Source: Euglena gracilis
Lineage: Eukaryota
Assembly (NCBI GenBank): GCA_039621445.1
Contig: CP154954.1
Span: 10,373,521 to 10,437,520 of the forward strand
Reading direction: 5' to 3'
DNA length: 64,000 nt
Part shown: positions 1 to 28,352 of the stretch, piece after piece
How the letters are laid out: each line of letters opens with the position of its first letter
Position numbering within the stretch: the stretch's first letter is position 1
Notes under the pieces: model-generated
What the model was told of the DNA's origin: nothing
The model's database searches: none
The model's input: only the letters and a program-made list of their open reading frames with translations
Translations under genes and position numbers: made by a program

Positions 1-780
<780 letters not shown>

Positions 781-807
781 CATGGGGGGGGTTGGGGCTC
801 GGTGTCC

Positions 808-15360
<14,553 letters not shown>

Positions 15361-16006
15361 CGTTTTGAAATTGCACATGGCCGACCCGCCGCACACATTC
15401 CCACGCTCCTTTTTCAAGTTGGTTTTCTGCTTTCGTTTAGAAAGTAACGACTCGAGATCAAGGTATTTTTGCTGTTTTGTTGTTATTAAATTGTGTTTAC
15501 CTTGTTTGGTTTTATTCTCTTACCTCCTTGTCTGTTTTTTTAAAAGGTTGACCTTGCTGCAAAATTGCCACGGCGGATACATGCGCACGCACACACAAGC
15601 GGACGCACACACACACGCGCGCGCGCACACGCACGCACGCACACAGACACAAGCGCGCGCACACAAGCAAGCACACGCACGTACGCGCGAGCACACACAC
15701 ACACGCACGCGCGCAGAGAGAGACACACACAAGCACACACACACACACACACACAAGCAGACCCACACACATGCCCGCATCTTCGAAATTTGAAACAGTT
15801 GGGGGAAAGTGCAGTTTATCGTTGATGTTTTGGGTGTTTCGGGTGAGGAAGCAATTTTGTTTCCAGACTTGTTTTCAAAAGAGAGCTCTCGGGCAATTCA
15901 CCCATTTTACCCGCGGATTTTGATCAGATGTTCGGGGCAAGGTTTCGTTTGCGCTGAGAAAAAACATCTTGGCTTGGTCTTCCTTTTCACCCCCCACGTA
16001 AGGTAT

Positions 16007-16281
<275 letters not shown>

Positions 16282-16440
16282 CCCACCAATGGGAGAGGTT
16301 TGGCACTCACCCGGCACATGGCATGTGCCAATTAAGCTGGCCCGACAACGTCCGTCTCCAAAGGAAATAAGCGAGGGCGTGCAACCGAGCCAACAGGGTG
16401 GGGTCCATCCTGCCCACCCCCTCTGGCATCCCACCCCCGG

Positions 16441-16466
16441 TCTTCCTCCCCACCCTGCCCCCGCAG
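16441..16466 (+). promoter_or_regulatory. Putative spliced-leader trans-splice acceptor (polypyrimidine tract + CAG) upstream of the PSB33 ATG
   Basis: TCTTCCTCCCCACCCTGCCCCCGCAG shortly before ATG 16495. Similar sites end at 44848 and 51821. Euglenid mRNAs are SL trans-spliced. Confidence 0.5.
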
Positions 16467-16494
16467 GCTCCTCTCTTCACTCTCCCCTGCATCG

Positions 16495-19400
16495 ATGGCG
16501 CAGTACAGCCAAGGTGGCTCTTCTCGGCCACCTCCCGGCTGTGCACTGTCAGTCGCTGGCTCGTTGTCGTTGATGTACAAAACAACGACAACGTGGTTTT
16601 GCGGGGAGCCTGGACCATTCTCAGGCTCTGGTTTAAAAAAAAACTGATAATATTGGGCGAAATTCTTACATCACGTGTCACGTCATCACACACATGCGCA
16701 ACACACGCACACACATGTATACACACAGCATACGTTTGCAAGCCAGCATTTCGCACACCGTATGCATTCTTGTCTGTGTGTCTGTCTGTCTGTCTGTCTG
16801 TCTGCCTGTCTGTCTGTCTGTGTGTCTGTGTGTCTGTCTGTCTGTGTGTCTGTCTGTCTGTCTGCCTGCCTGCCTGTCTGTCTGGAGGGGGGGGGGCTGT
16901 TTCGTTTCCCCCCTGGCACGGCCCGCGGTGCCCCCGACTGGCCGCCCCCGCCGCGTTCGGGCTGTCGGTGCTTGCCAGCGCCGCCGTCGTGTTCGCAACG
17001 CTCCACGCGGCCGCCCGCCCTGCCGGCACAGCGCTCGCCGCCGCCCCGCACGCCACTGTGGTCCGCGTGCCAGCCACGGCGCAGCTCCGGCCCAGCCAGC
17101 GGTGGCCGAAGGTCCCAAAGAAAGCAGCTCCAAAAATAAGTTGGACCCAAAGACGAATACACTCCATTGGGTGCTGTAATCTGTTATCTGTAGTTATATA
17201 GGTGTGTGCGTAAAATATGTATGTGTGTCATATTATGTGTTGTATTACGACGCATTATGGCGTCTCCCACGTGCTCCAGCGGGCATTTTTATAAGACTGC
17301 TATTTTTTGAACCTTTTTACAAAAACATAGTGCATGATTTTTGAAGTTCTTTTTTTTTCCACCAGATCCCAGTGGCATCTGGGAAACAAGTTGTAGCCAT
17401 ATGGCAAACAACCGAACCTGACAGACTTCTTCCAAGAAGCAGGAGCCAAAGCCCTCATGTGGCATCCCGCGAGTTCAGCGGTGCTGCGTCCAGTGCGCCC
17501 GCCGGAGACTGGCCGCCGCTGCGGCCGGCCCTTCCGCGGCGGCCACGCAGCGGACCGCCGCCCCGGCCCCCGCCGCGCGGCTCACCGCCGCGGCGCTCCG
17601 CAGCCGGCCAGACGGCGGCGAGACCCCGGCCGCCCGGTGGACCGCCGCGGTGCTGCGTTCGCTGTGGGCCGCAGCCAGGGAGGCCTGACTCTGGGTCCAC
17701 GGCGGTGTTCCGTGAGGCCAGCGGGGTCTTTGGCCCCCTCCCAGCCAAGACGATTCCTCTTTGGTGATAGCTCCCCGAAAGTTAGCCGGGTCCAGTCGAA
17801 AGGAGTTCCGCCAGGGTGTAGCTTCAGATAATTAGACCCCAACTTCCTGGGGGGGGTCCAGTCAGGCAGCCTTTTGCCAGCCCCGGACCCCCCCCCCCTC
17901 AACAAGTTTCATTTATATCCAGCCGACCTTCAGGCGGTTGGACGCTAACGGTTTTTCGTTTTCGGGGTGCAGACATGGGCCAAAAATGGGACAAAAATGG
18001 CCAAAAAGGGGTCAGATTTGGGCTGGCCAGGGCAAATTTTGGTATAAAAATAATCGATTTTCGGCAGTTTTTTGGTTATTTTTGCAGTTTCGATTTTACA
18101 TAGTTTACACAGTTTACATTTTTTTTTGTACCGGGTTAGACCCTGGGTTGGGCCCAGTACCAGCCGAGGACCCCTTAAAGGGGGAGGGTCAGCCTTGATT
18201 AAAACTTATTTTAGTTAAAGAAACATATTTCAATTCCGGTCAGGTGAGGTGAGCCGCGGGGTCCTATGAGATCGATCTGATTTTTGTAGGAGTCAATACA
18301 TCAAAAGAATGGCTTTTTGAAACCACATTTCGAAGCGCTTCCATAATGTGCAAACCAACTCACAAGGGCCCAAAATTGATTCAGACGTCATTTTTCTTAA
18401 AAGCTCCCTGGGGTGGGCGCCAACAAACACATGAGAGAATGCGCTGGTTTGAACCAGTGGGACGGAGGGGGGGTCCAGCCAGCTTTGCCCGAAATCAGGG
18501 CTTTAAAAGCCCCCAGGGGGAGGGGCGTCCAGCTCAGAGGCTGGAAAATTTGGGTGGGTGGAAAAAGTCAGCTGTAATTTTTTTGGCTTGAAGGACAGGG
18601 AGGGTTGTAAAAAAAACATACCACAAATTCAATATGCAATGAAAATTATGAGCAGCCACCAACGACCTGCAGCACAACTACGTCACAGCACACGGGGGAC
18701 AACAATTTGCGATTCAGGCGACCTCCACTGCCCACCGTCGGTGTAATTTATTTATCATTTTCGTTGTTGCGGTTTCAATAATTTTGGGAGTAATATCGTC
18801 AGACATAGTAATTTTGTCAAGGTGAAAAATTGAATATATTCGATGAATATACATTAAAAAAATGAATTCAGGGTACAAAAATTATGGTGGACAAAAAATT
18901 TTGTAAAGTACCCAAATTTGACCATATTTTTTGCCATAATTTTCGACCGGTGTCGGCTTCCCTCTTCCGTTAAGCCTCAGACCAAAAGACAAAAAATGAC
19001 TAGGAAATGGTCCGGAATGCCCAAAATTGACAAAAATTGGACAGATATTAGCAGTTTTTTTGCAAAATTTGATGGCCTTTTTGAGGCAAATAGCCAGAAT
19101 TTGTTCAATTTCCTCAATGAAAAGCATGGGCAAAGCTACTGTAATTGACACATGGCAAAAGAAAGTGTTAAGAAGTGGTTGAATACCGAATTTTACCAAA
19201 TCTTATTCATTATTAATTATTTTGCCAACGAAATTTTTACCAAAATATTTTGCCATAGTTTTTTACACTAATTTTTGTCTGTTGCATTTTTGTCCCCCCT
19301 ACAAATATTTTTATTTTGCTTTTATTCGCTGCCAACAGCACTGAGGTGAACCAGGACACACACCAATCGCAATTTAGGAGAGCTTTAAAAGAGAGGGAAT

Positions 19401-22400
19401 TTGGTGTTGGTTTTGTCCTGCTGTTTTAGTATTGCTTTTGTTCATTATTTTTGTGGTTTTAGTATACTTTTTGTTTAACCTTTTTTTGTGGTTTTTAAAC
19501 TGTCTTTTCGTAGGTTTTCGTGGTGTCCGCTTTTACCCCCAACCAATCCCCCCAAAGCCTCCCTGCCCCTACCTGTGGTGCTGCTGGCTGGGTGGGCGGC
19601 GTCACGCCGGGTCCCCGCCCTCGGAATGGCCTCCACCACCGGTGAGCAGGTCAGTGCGGAGGCGACTGATGCAGATTACACCCGCGCCCCGGCAGGAACC
19701 GGCGGCAGCTCAATTGGGCCCTTGGGTGCATCTCGTCAAATGGGCTGTGGAACAAAAAAAATTGGCGACACATATGACACAGGTTCCGCCTTTTGCGTTC
19801 TTTTTTGTGATGATGATTTGTGATAATTTGTGATGGCACGATAACACACAGTTGATGGTCTGCAGCATTTCTTTTTGTACTCCATTTCTCCCCACAGATA
19901 AGCAGTTGTGGATGGACAGGGGGGTTGGGAGAAATGTGCAAATGAGGAAGCTTCCAAGAAACTTTTTTCTTACTGTTTCTTCGAGCAGGCATCTCCGACC
20001 ATACATTCATTTAACACCTGTTTTTGTCTTCCCCCTGCCTCTTGGGGGGGGGGGTTGCAGATGGGGGTGGGGTGAATATTCTGCCTGACCAAATGCCGGA
20101 CCAGAAAAAAAATTTGAACGGGTCTTTGGCCACGCCCCCCCCCCCATGGGAGGGGAATCAACCCACCCACCCACCCACCTGAACCCAAAATCAGGGGTTC
20201 GAAAAAATGTGGATGAGCTTGGGCTCAAGAAAGAGCACCCCCCCTGGGGGAGTCATTAACTTCATCCCTGGCTCCGACTCCAGCGGCTTTGCTGCACGCC
20301 GCCAGGCACACTGCCTGCCCAGGCGCGTGCCCCGTCTTTGCAACGCACATCGCGGAGATCCCGAAGGGCACCCGCAAGCTGCTCTCCCTGCGCGGCGCCA
20401 GCGTCCTCCTGTTCTGGTACCGCGCCCCGGCCGAATTGCTACAGGTGGCCGGCCCCGGCTCAAAAAAGGGGGGAGCCAGCCTGGGCAGGCACACCAAGGC
20501 TCCCAGATCCGGCCCCAGGTTTGTTGTTGCGAGGGTGTTTGGGGTTTGGGTGGGGAGGTGCCCCCCCCCCCGTTGGCCGTCGGAGATCTGGACCAGGGGA
20601 TAACTGGGATTCCCCAAACAGACCTCCAGGCACTCATGTCGAAAAAATTTTCGCATTTCGACAAAATTCTGCAAAAAAAATAATGATTTGGTGGCAAAGG
20701 TTTTCGTCCCGTCGCTTCCTTGGCCAAATGTCGGTCATTTTGGCCATGCTACCCCCCCTTGTCCAAGACACAGTGTGTCGTTTTCACAACCCCTGTTTCA
20801 ACGGCACTTTCCTGAAACATTGGCGTGCAGGGGGAGGCACTGTGTCGGTGGGGGAGGGGGGCAGGGCTTGACCAGGGGGGGGGGGGTCAAGACCACCCCC
20901 GCCTGCCTCCCTCTGGGGGTCGGTCCAATTCCGCCCGCCCGCAACGAGCTCTACGCCATCGAGAACCGGTCCCCCGCGGAGGGCGCCTTCAACCAGGGCT
21001 TCGAGCAGGCCCGCTTCACCCAAAACTTCGGCATTTTGTGGCCAGGGCCCCGCGCGGCGTGTTGTTGACCTGGCGTGCATGAAAATGAAGTGGGGGGAAA
21101 TGTGTTTCGTGTTTTTGTGTGTTTTTGTTTTTTTGCATACTTTTTACAAAGTTGCGCAAAACGCATTTTTCGCGCATTTTTTTTGTGTTTTTGCCTTTTT
21201 TTTCGAGGCCAGGCTAGCGCATCCTCCCCCCCCCCCGAATGAAGGGCGCCACATCCATCGGAGGGTGTTCTCTAGCAATTTTTTTATTGCAATAATGAGC
21301 GTGGGGCGGGGGGACAGTCGTATTTAACGCAGGTCAATGAGGCAACAGGCGACACCGCTGAAAATGTCTCTACTCTCCCTTCCCGGAAACTCCTGGTCCG
21401 GTTTGAGGATCACTGTTTGGTGGAGTTGCAAATCAAAAGGGATTTGCGCGTTTTTAAGGCATAGAGTCAGGTGGAGCTGCAAAACGGAGGGAATATTTGA
21501 TATTTTTGAGGCCCAATCTTGGGCCTAAAGTGCCCAAGCAACTTGGGCACTTTAGGCCAAAGTGCCCAAGTTGCCAAAAGCAACCAAGCAAACAAGCCAA
21601 AAGTGACCATGCATCCATTTCCACAGGAGGAGGCTCGTGAGCCATGCGGAGTGCGTGCGTGGGTCGAAAAGGTGGGTCAGTGGGTTTGAAGCTGGAAAGA
21701 ATGCCACCCGCCCCCGGTCGACGGGTCATTAAGTGTTTGTATGGTCATGTATCATCCAGTTTCGGCGGTATTAAAGAATGCAGTTATCTTTTTTTTTGGT
21801 TTTGGCAGTTCTGCATTCCCTCCGGGTGCCCTCTGTCAGCTCCCCATGCGTGACCACGGGCCTCCATCAGGTCCCCGCGCGTGACCCCACTGGGCCCTGT
21901 TGGCGCCCCAGCACGGACACGGAGTTCAGCCTCAAGACCGGGGAGGTGCTGAACTGGATGCCGAACAACTCGGTGCTGCGGATCCTGACGACGCCGCGGC
22001 TTGGTTCCTGTGTGCCAGCCCCTGGCGCCTGCTGTTCCCCAAAAATGCCTGCACCTCATTGCCTTTGTTCTCCACAAGATTCCAACCTTCACATAATATG
22101 TTTGCCCAAAAGCAGGTGTTGACACCTCTAGAGAAATGGAACGTCTTTCGCGATGAATGAAGGAATGGGAATTATGCGTGCATACAACTTAGGAAACCAC
22201 AAATGGACCATAGACAAATACGCCAAAATATCTGACGCCTTTGATTTGGCGGCCGATTCGAACCCCCCCTCTGAAAGGGACGCAATCGAGCTACACCCCC
22301 CTGGAAATCGTCATGCTTGAGAATCTGTCGGGGTCCTCCCCACTCCCCAGGAAATCGTTGGGGTGCAGGGAATCGGCCAACCTATTCTCATAGAAGATGT

Positions 22401-25400
22401 CGGGTTGGCAACAGCGGCTGTTGATCCCAGTCGACATTGTAGGGCCAAAGTTCATTTTAAGTCCATTCATTTTCCTTGTGAAGCACCTTCTGGGAAACTG
22501 TCAAGGTCCCAGTTGAAGTTTCACGGACAGTGTCATAGCCAGTCACCGTCAATGAAACTGTCAGTGGCAGTTTCTCTACTGTCAATGGCCCTGACTGTGA
22601 GTGTCAGGGCCACTGACAGGGCATGACCCTGACACGTTGGCCAGTAATGGTGACGCTTGCAATTTCCTAAACTGACAGGCCAGTTCACCAGCACTGTTGG
22701 TTTGGTGGGCAGATCCTACCCAGAAAATCGTCAGCCCTGGTGGTGGCCAACCTGTCAGGAGACAGTTTCCTGGGGCGGCGGCAAGGGGGTGGTCCAGCAA
22801 GGGGGGGTATGCAAAAGAATTGGGTGCTTTGAATTTTGCGTTTTTTTTCATAATGTTCAGTTTTGCCGTTTTTATTTTCTTATTTTTTTAAAGGTAAATG
22901 TACAAAAGTCTATACGCCGGTATACACACATTTCAACGCTGCAAACCACATGCAATATTATGTGTATGCCACAAACTACATGCAATGCCATGACACAATA
23001 CGGATAATATATATATATATATATGTATGTATATATATATATATATTATATTATATATATGTATGTATGTATATATATATATGTGTGTGTGTGTGTATGT
23101 GTGTGTGTGTGTTGTATTGCATATAGAGCATATGCACTGTGTTATTATGCTGCGTTCCCCTGGTCCCGTTTCTTGGCAGTGTCCGTTGCCCGGCGGTCGG
23201 GCCGCGTCGTCGCCCAAACCCCGCCGTGCCCCCCGCTGGAGGTGTTCCCGGTCCAGGTGCGGGGGGAGGACGTGTTCGTGCAGGTCATGGAGGGGGAGCG
23301 GTACTACTTCGACGGCGGCGCCCGCAGCAGCTTCGGGCAGGGGGGCCCACCGTCCTGCGGGGGGGAGGGGGGTAAGTCGGTCCCTGGCCAGCCACCACAC
23401 AGCAGACTGGGCCAGAAGCGAAGTCAGCACCGGCCATGAAGCCTCGAGTGCAACCAGGGGGGGGGGGGTTGCTAGGCCCAGAGGGTTGGGGGCGCCGAAG
23501 AGGTGTTTTGTTTTTCTGCCACACACAGAAAGTTTCGGGCCAAACGTGACAACAGGCGGGGATCCCCCGGGCCCAAAACAGGCTTATTCCGGACCTTCTG
23601 GTCGCCTGTTCCCATTTCTGCCATCTCTTCCTCTGAAAACGCTGTGATTTTCCTTTTTTTTTTTCGCTTTGCCTCGTCTCGAGGCAGCCTCTTTGATTCT
23701 CTGCCAACGTCCATGCTTTTGGCTGCCCGCTTTTGGGTCGCTGAGTAACGTTCGTTCCGCCCTGGCACCGACCGCAACAATGTGTTCGGCATTGAGCCTC
23801 GGATGTCACTGGAAGACGGCACTTACGTCGATGAGGCCAGGGCTCCCTTCTTACACACATGCAAAGCTATGCAAGTGTGTCGCTGTGGTGGTCTGCGCAC
23901 CTTCTTGCTTAATGCCGTGGCACTGGAGTCCCAATTTCTTTTTCGGTGCAATTATTTTCTTGCGCTTTTCATTTGTACACTTTTTTTTCCATTTACAATT
24001 TTTTGCTCGTGAATTTTTTTCCAAAAATGGAGGTGAAATGGATGTTTTTGAGGTGTTTTTTTTTGATGCCAACCTGAAAGTATTGGCCCAAAGAGGTCAT
24101 AATTTCCCAGAAAAAAGTCTTCTTATGTATAATTCTACGAATGATATAATTGATGAGTGATAAATGATATGATTGATGAGTCTTTTTCACAACCACCCCC
24201 TGCACGGGGTCGCCCGTTGGTGGGGGGGACACAGCAGTGCCCGAGGCCCAAACGTTTTTTAGGTGGCACATTTGCTGGAAAAAAAATGTTTTTTTTAAAA
24301 AAAAGTGTTTTTTAAGTATTCGAAAAATGCAACGCAAAAAAAGAAGGAAATCCCCCGAGGACCCCCCGAAGAAAGTGAGACTTTTTCAACACAGCGTGGG
24401 ACCTGACGAACAGTGCAGTACAGTACAGCCGGGTTCCCACCTGTGCCCTCCGGGTTTAAGCAGAATGGACTGCTGGTTGCAATGGGCACCATGAAGGTCA
24501 ACGTGGACCCCAGCACCGTGCTCATCACCGTCATTGCGGTGGCCATCATCGCGGTCGCAGGGACGACCAGGGGGGGCGTGGTGCTTCATAAAAGCATTTG
24601 AAGCACCGACGCAAAATATGGCATCAGGTGATGTCTCTTTCCAGCCCAGATAAGGCCTGACTGAGTAATCCTGTCGAAATATAGCTTGCCGTTCGTTTTC
24701 GCGACATTTACGGGTTTCTTGGCGAACATTTTGCAAAAAAAAAATGGCAGACCCGACAAAATACAACACCTACGCGTTTTAATTCTTCTGAAGAAATTGT
24801 TTGAAAACATTTGGGGTTGAGGTTTGGCACCCAAATTGGCACCCAAAAGGTTCGCCGCGTTCCACCTGGTGAGTGTTGAGGCCCGGAAGTTGTCATCTGG
24901 GCCATTCTCGCTAACTTGTCAGGTGACGGTTCCTGATGGGGAGGGGGGGATTTTGTGTTTTGATTCGAGCCCTCGTTTGTTTGTTCTTTTGGGCAGGCCA
25001 ATCTGGAAATGTAAAACGACTCGGGTTTTTGATACCTTGCCATCGCCCTCGTTGATGCAGTGTTGCGTCGTCGCACTGCATTTCCGCAATTGTCCTAGAG
25101 TGGGAAAATGCATAAGTCGATCAGAGCAAAAAGAAAATTTTTGTGTTTTGAAACAGAACGTGCAAACACTCAGGTGCTGCACAAGAAAATGTACCCAAAA
25201 AAACTCGAATAAGTCCAATTCTGAATAGCCCCTGTGGTGCAAAATCTTACCAGTGGGAAACAAAGATGAAACATGGAGTTCACCATTTCCTCCCCCCCCC
25301 TGGGGAGGTCACCTGTTACTTTAAAAAAACGAGTCAATCCTTTTTTAAAAGCCATCAGCCACTCCCCAGGTCACTCGGGCCAAAATGGCTGGTTCGAATA

Positions 25401-26787
25401 CCAACTTTTTTCTTTTTTTTTCAAGTTCAAATATTCAAATTTCAATTCAAAGATCAAGTTTTTTTCGAATATCAATTTTTTTCAAAAAGCATCCGATGCC
25501 TTTCATGCGGGTGGCCCTTTGGGTCAAGTTGGCCAACCCCACCCACGTGGGAGGTCTGGAGCCAGAAAACAGTCAGTCGCTTGGAAACATGCAGTCAGTC
25601 ACCCCAAGGTTGGGAGGGGTGGGCGGACACACCTCAACCTGGTGTGGGCCGAACCCCGGGGTCCAGGAGAGAAAAGGAAGGCATTCCCGATTGGCGCGAA
25701 AGCTGTCCGGCAGAGCCCACGCCACCCCTGGCCGCAGCCACCTGCCTCTACTTCGAGAACCTCCCGGCCCTCGTGCTGATCTGCCTGTCTTGTAAGGCTG
25801 GCCAATATCTCCGCCCGTATCACTTTTTATGAATTTCTGTATGCTACGCCCAAGTTGGCTTTACTCGAGAAGTTGACCTCTTTGCCCATAGTATCAAAAA
25901 GCAAAGACCGGACGGAATTTCTTCACCCCAAGGCCTTGATTTCCAGAAGGCCCATCAGTACACACAGGCGCATGTTTAATGAACTCCCCTTGCCCAATGA
26001 ACAGGGGTGTTGGACCGTCAAGTTTGTCACCATTTAAAACAATGCAAATCCCCATACAACCCATCCCAAGTGAACTTCCCTGTCCAGACTGTCTACATTG
26101 TCATTGTGCCCCCCCCCCCGTCTAAGTACCACCCTTTTCTCAGCACCCCCCGGTTCTTACCATCTTTTTAAAGGTCATCTTCTCAGGGAGGCTTCTTTTG
26201 AGGTTTTTTTTAAGAGAAATTTGTCGCAAAATTCGAAATTTTGGAAATTTCTGAAGCCTGGTTTGGTAAGATATTGTTGATTTTGCACCCAAGTGCCTGC
26301 AAGTGCAACAGTGGACCACCAAAATAAGGAGCAAATTTCCTTTTCGGCGCGAAAGGGAATTCTTTTGTAGCCCAAAATTACCCCTCTTGTCTAAACACCA
26401 CCCCCCTGCTTCTTACCCATTTTGGCGAATTGAGCACCCCCCCCCTGGTTCTTACCCATCTTTTTCCGGTGCTTAGACGGGGGGGCAGTGTTCATTTGGC
26501 TTGGGGTGGGTACTCACCAACTTTCCTGAAGCCAACGGCGTGGAGGAGCAGGGGGTTAATTTACCCCCCCCCCTCTCCTGTCTTCCGTGACCCAACTGGG
26601 TGCAGTTTCCCGGTAGGGCAGCTTCTGCCTCCTGTCCCGTGTGCTGGCGGTGTGCTGCCGTGCTGCCGCCCCCCCCCCCCCGGGGGGCCCGGGGTTGGCA
26701 CAAGACAGCCGGGCGCCGTTCTGGCTGACAGGCTTCGGCATCACGGCGAAGCTGGTGTTGGACCTCACGGGGGCTGCAAAGGAGTAG
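16495..26787 (+). CDS. PSB33: Plastid-targeted Rieske-like thylakoid protein PSB33/TEF5 with Euglena class I (two hydrophobic domain) presequence
   Basis: Exons 16495-16513 (start tentative), 16921-17093, 17527-17672, 19571-19679, 20334-20423, 20943-21039, 21905-21986, 23217-23334, 23770-23834, 24481-24564, 25736-25777, 26718-26787. Mature part: IPKGTRKLLSLRGASVLLFWYRNELYAIENRSPAEGAFNQGFEQARFTQNFGILCPSTDTEFSLKTGEVLNWMPNNSVLRILTP..LEVFPV. This matches the PSB33 signature (AIENRSPAEGA, CPSTD, lacking Fe-S ligands) and is followed by NNVFGIEP and two C-terminal TM helices. Presequence: signal-like AAFGLSVLASAAVVFATL, an A/R/T-rich linker, then TM ..VVLLAGWAA-SRR and MASTTG. Confidence 0.92.
17673..19570 (+). 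other. Nonconventional intron
   Basis: GC|AGCCAGGGAGGC...GCCTCCCTGCCCCT|A; perfect 9-bp CAGGGAGGC/GCCTCCCTG stem in canonical register; frame restored. Confidence 0.88.
21040..21904 (+). other. Nonconventional intron
   Basis: T|GGCCAGGGCCC...GGGCCCTGTTGGC|GC; 8-bp perfect stem; removal creates the conserved TGC of GILCPSTD. Confidence 0.92.
23335..23769 (+). other. Nonconventional intron
   Basis: TTC|GGGCAGGG...CCCTGGCACC|GAC; CAG/CTG register; gives SSF|DRNNVFG. Confidence 0.88.
23835..24480 (+). other. Nonconventional intron
   Basis: GA|GGCCAG...CTGGTTGC|A; CAG/CTG register; frame restored. Confidence 0.85.
24565..25735 (+). other. Nonconventional intron
   Basis: AC|GACCAGGGGGGGCGTGG...CCACGCCACCCCTGGCCGC|A; ~14-bp stem; gives AVAGT-ATCLYFEN. 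Confidence 0.92.
26109..26486. mobile_element. MITE with CCCCCCGTCTAAG(C/T)ACC termini; second copy ~54595-54983
   Basis: Ends CCCCCCCGTCTAAGTACC / GGTGCTTAGACGGGGGG; internal GGTTCTTACCCATC repeats; internal sequence aligns by eye with the 54.6-55.0 kb copy. Confidence 0.8.
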
Positions 26788-27960
26788 GCGAGGCCCAGGC
26801 CACCCTCTGTGCAGCGGACAGCCGGGCCCGGACCCGGAACACAGCCAGCCGACGGGGGGGGGGGGGGGGCGGGCACCGGTGGGGGGCCCACTTTGCCCCC
26901 ACGCCAAACCCTGCTCGTGACGGGCGGCCTGCGCGACAGCTTCTTGGAATCCAAACCAAAGCGCATTTGGTCCACCGGTCTTGTGGCGCACGGAGGAGCT
27001 TGACAGCTTGACAGGATTCCCTCGCAACCTGTGATGAAGGCGTTTGAAAAGAACAAGAACAGCGAGGCTACAGATTTCCCCGGGAATGCTCGTCTCCTCC
27101 GAGACTGTCATCGTCGTGCTAAAAGGGGGGGGGTAGCCAGCCAGCCAAAGACCATTTGCCGGCTAGCATTCCCTCCACCTGTGGATTTTATTTCTTGTCC
27201 ATACACCCGAAGACCGCACCGTAACCGATTATTGCTTTGGGACTTGGAACTTGGAGGATGGGGGTCAAAGTTGGCTTAAAAAAAAAAACGGCGAGGCCAG
27301 TCTAGCACATTTCGGGCCAAAAAGCAAACGATTTTTCCGTATATTTTTTTTACTTTTGCACCTTTTTTGCACATTCCATTTTTCTGGACCCGGTTCCTCT
27401 GGGCCCATGGGGGGCCCAAGGGGTCTTCAAACAATGCTTTGGCCTGTGGGAGTGCCTCTCCCGGGAAGAGGGATTTCGAATGTTTTTAAGTCAAGGATTT
27501 TTTTTAAAAAAATGGATGGGTTTGGAAACACAGGTAAGTATCACCCCCCCCCTGTGTCAGTAAGTCAGCCTCTCATTTAAACATGCATGCATTCAACCTA
27601 GCATTCTAACTCCAGCTGACCCAGGGCTGTCTGCTGGGCTGCCCTACTTCCACGCTCCCGGCCGTACCGGCAAACCGCCGGGCTCTTCACACGCCCGGCC
27701 ACGGGGGGATCGCAATAGCATTGATCTCTCCCGCCCCCGGAGCTCGCGACCGGGCCGTGACTCAGGACTTGGGCATCAAACGCTCTCCGCGGTCTCCACA
27801 ACATTGTCTCCGACCCCTGAGTGAAAATGTGAAGCCCAAACCGCCGAAACACAGCCTGTTTTGCTTTGAACATATTGCAAGCAGCAGTATTTTTTCTGCC
27901 TGAAGGATATTTTTTTCCTGAATGGATCCGACCGACTTTTTGTGCAGGAAGGATTGTGGC

Positions 27961-28352
27961 CAGGCATTTGCTTAAGGGATTGCAGTACCCCCCCCGGGGG
28001 GGCTGGACTGCAGCTAGTCCAAATTTGGCTAGTGGGATTTCTAGCAGACCCCCCCCCGGGGGGGTCTGCTAGCAGGGCTAGCTAGTGGAAATTTTTTTTC
28101 CCGTGACTGCGAAGCGCCGAAAAAAAATTTTGGGACCTCCAGAAATGGCCAAAAATGCCCGTTTTTGGCCATTTTTGGGAATTTTTGGAACAAAATCGTC
28201 CCAAAACCTATTAAAACCCTCATTTTTCCTCCGGCGCACAGCGCCGGAGGAAAATTTTTTTCCAGTTCGGGTCCAGCTAATCCATTTTTTCCAGTGTCTA
28301 GCCGATTGGCTAGCCAGTACCCCCCCCCCCTGGGTCCTTAAGCAAATGCCTG
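27961..28352. mobile_element. hAT-type MITE, perfect 17-bp TIR and exact 8-bp TSD
   Basis: TIR CAGGCATTTGCTTAAGG / CCTTAAGCAAATGCCTG; TSD ATTGTGGC at 27953-27960 and 28353-28360; GCTAG(C/T) internal repeats; related copy at ~4050-4285. Confidence 0.93.

Noticed and set aside
20943-21930. Functional Rieske [2Fe-2S] cluster protein
   Set aside because: Both CxH and CxxH ligand boxes are degenerate (ENRSP, CPSTD), as is typical of PSB33.
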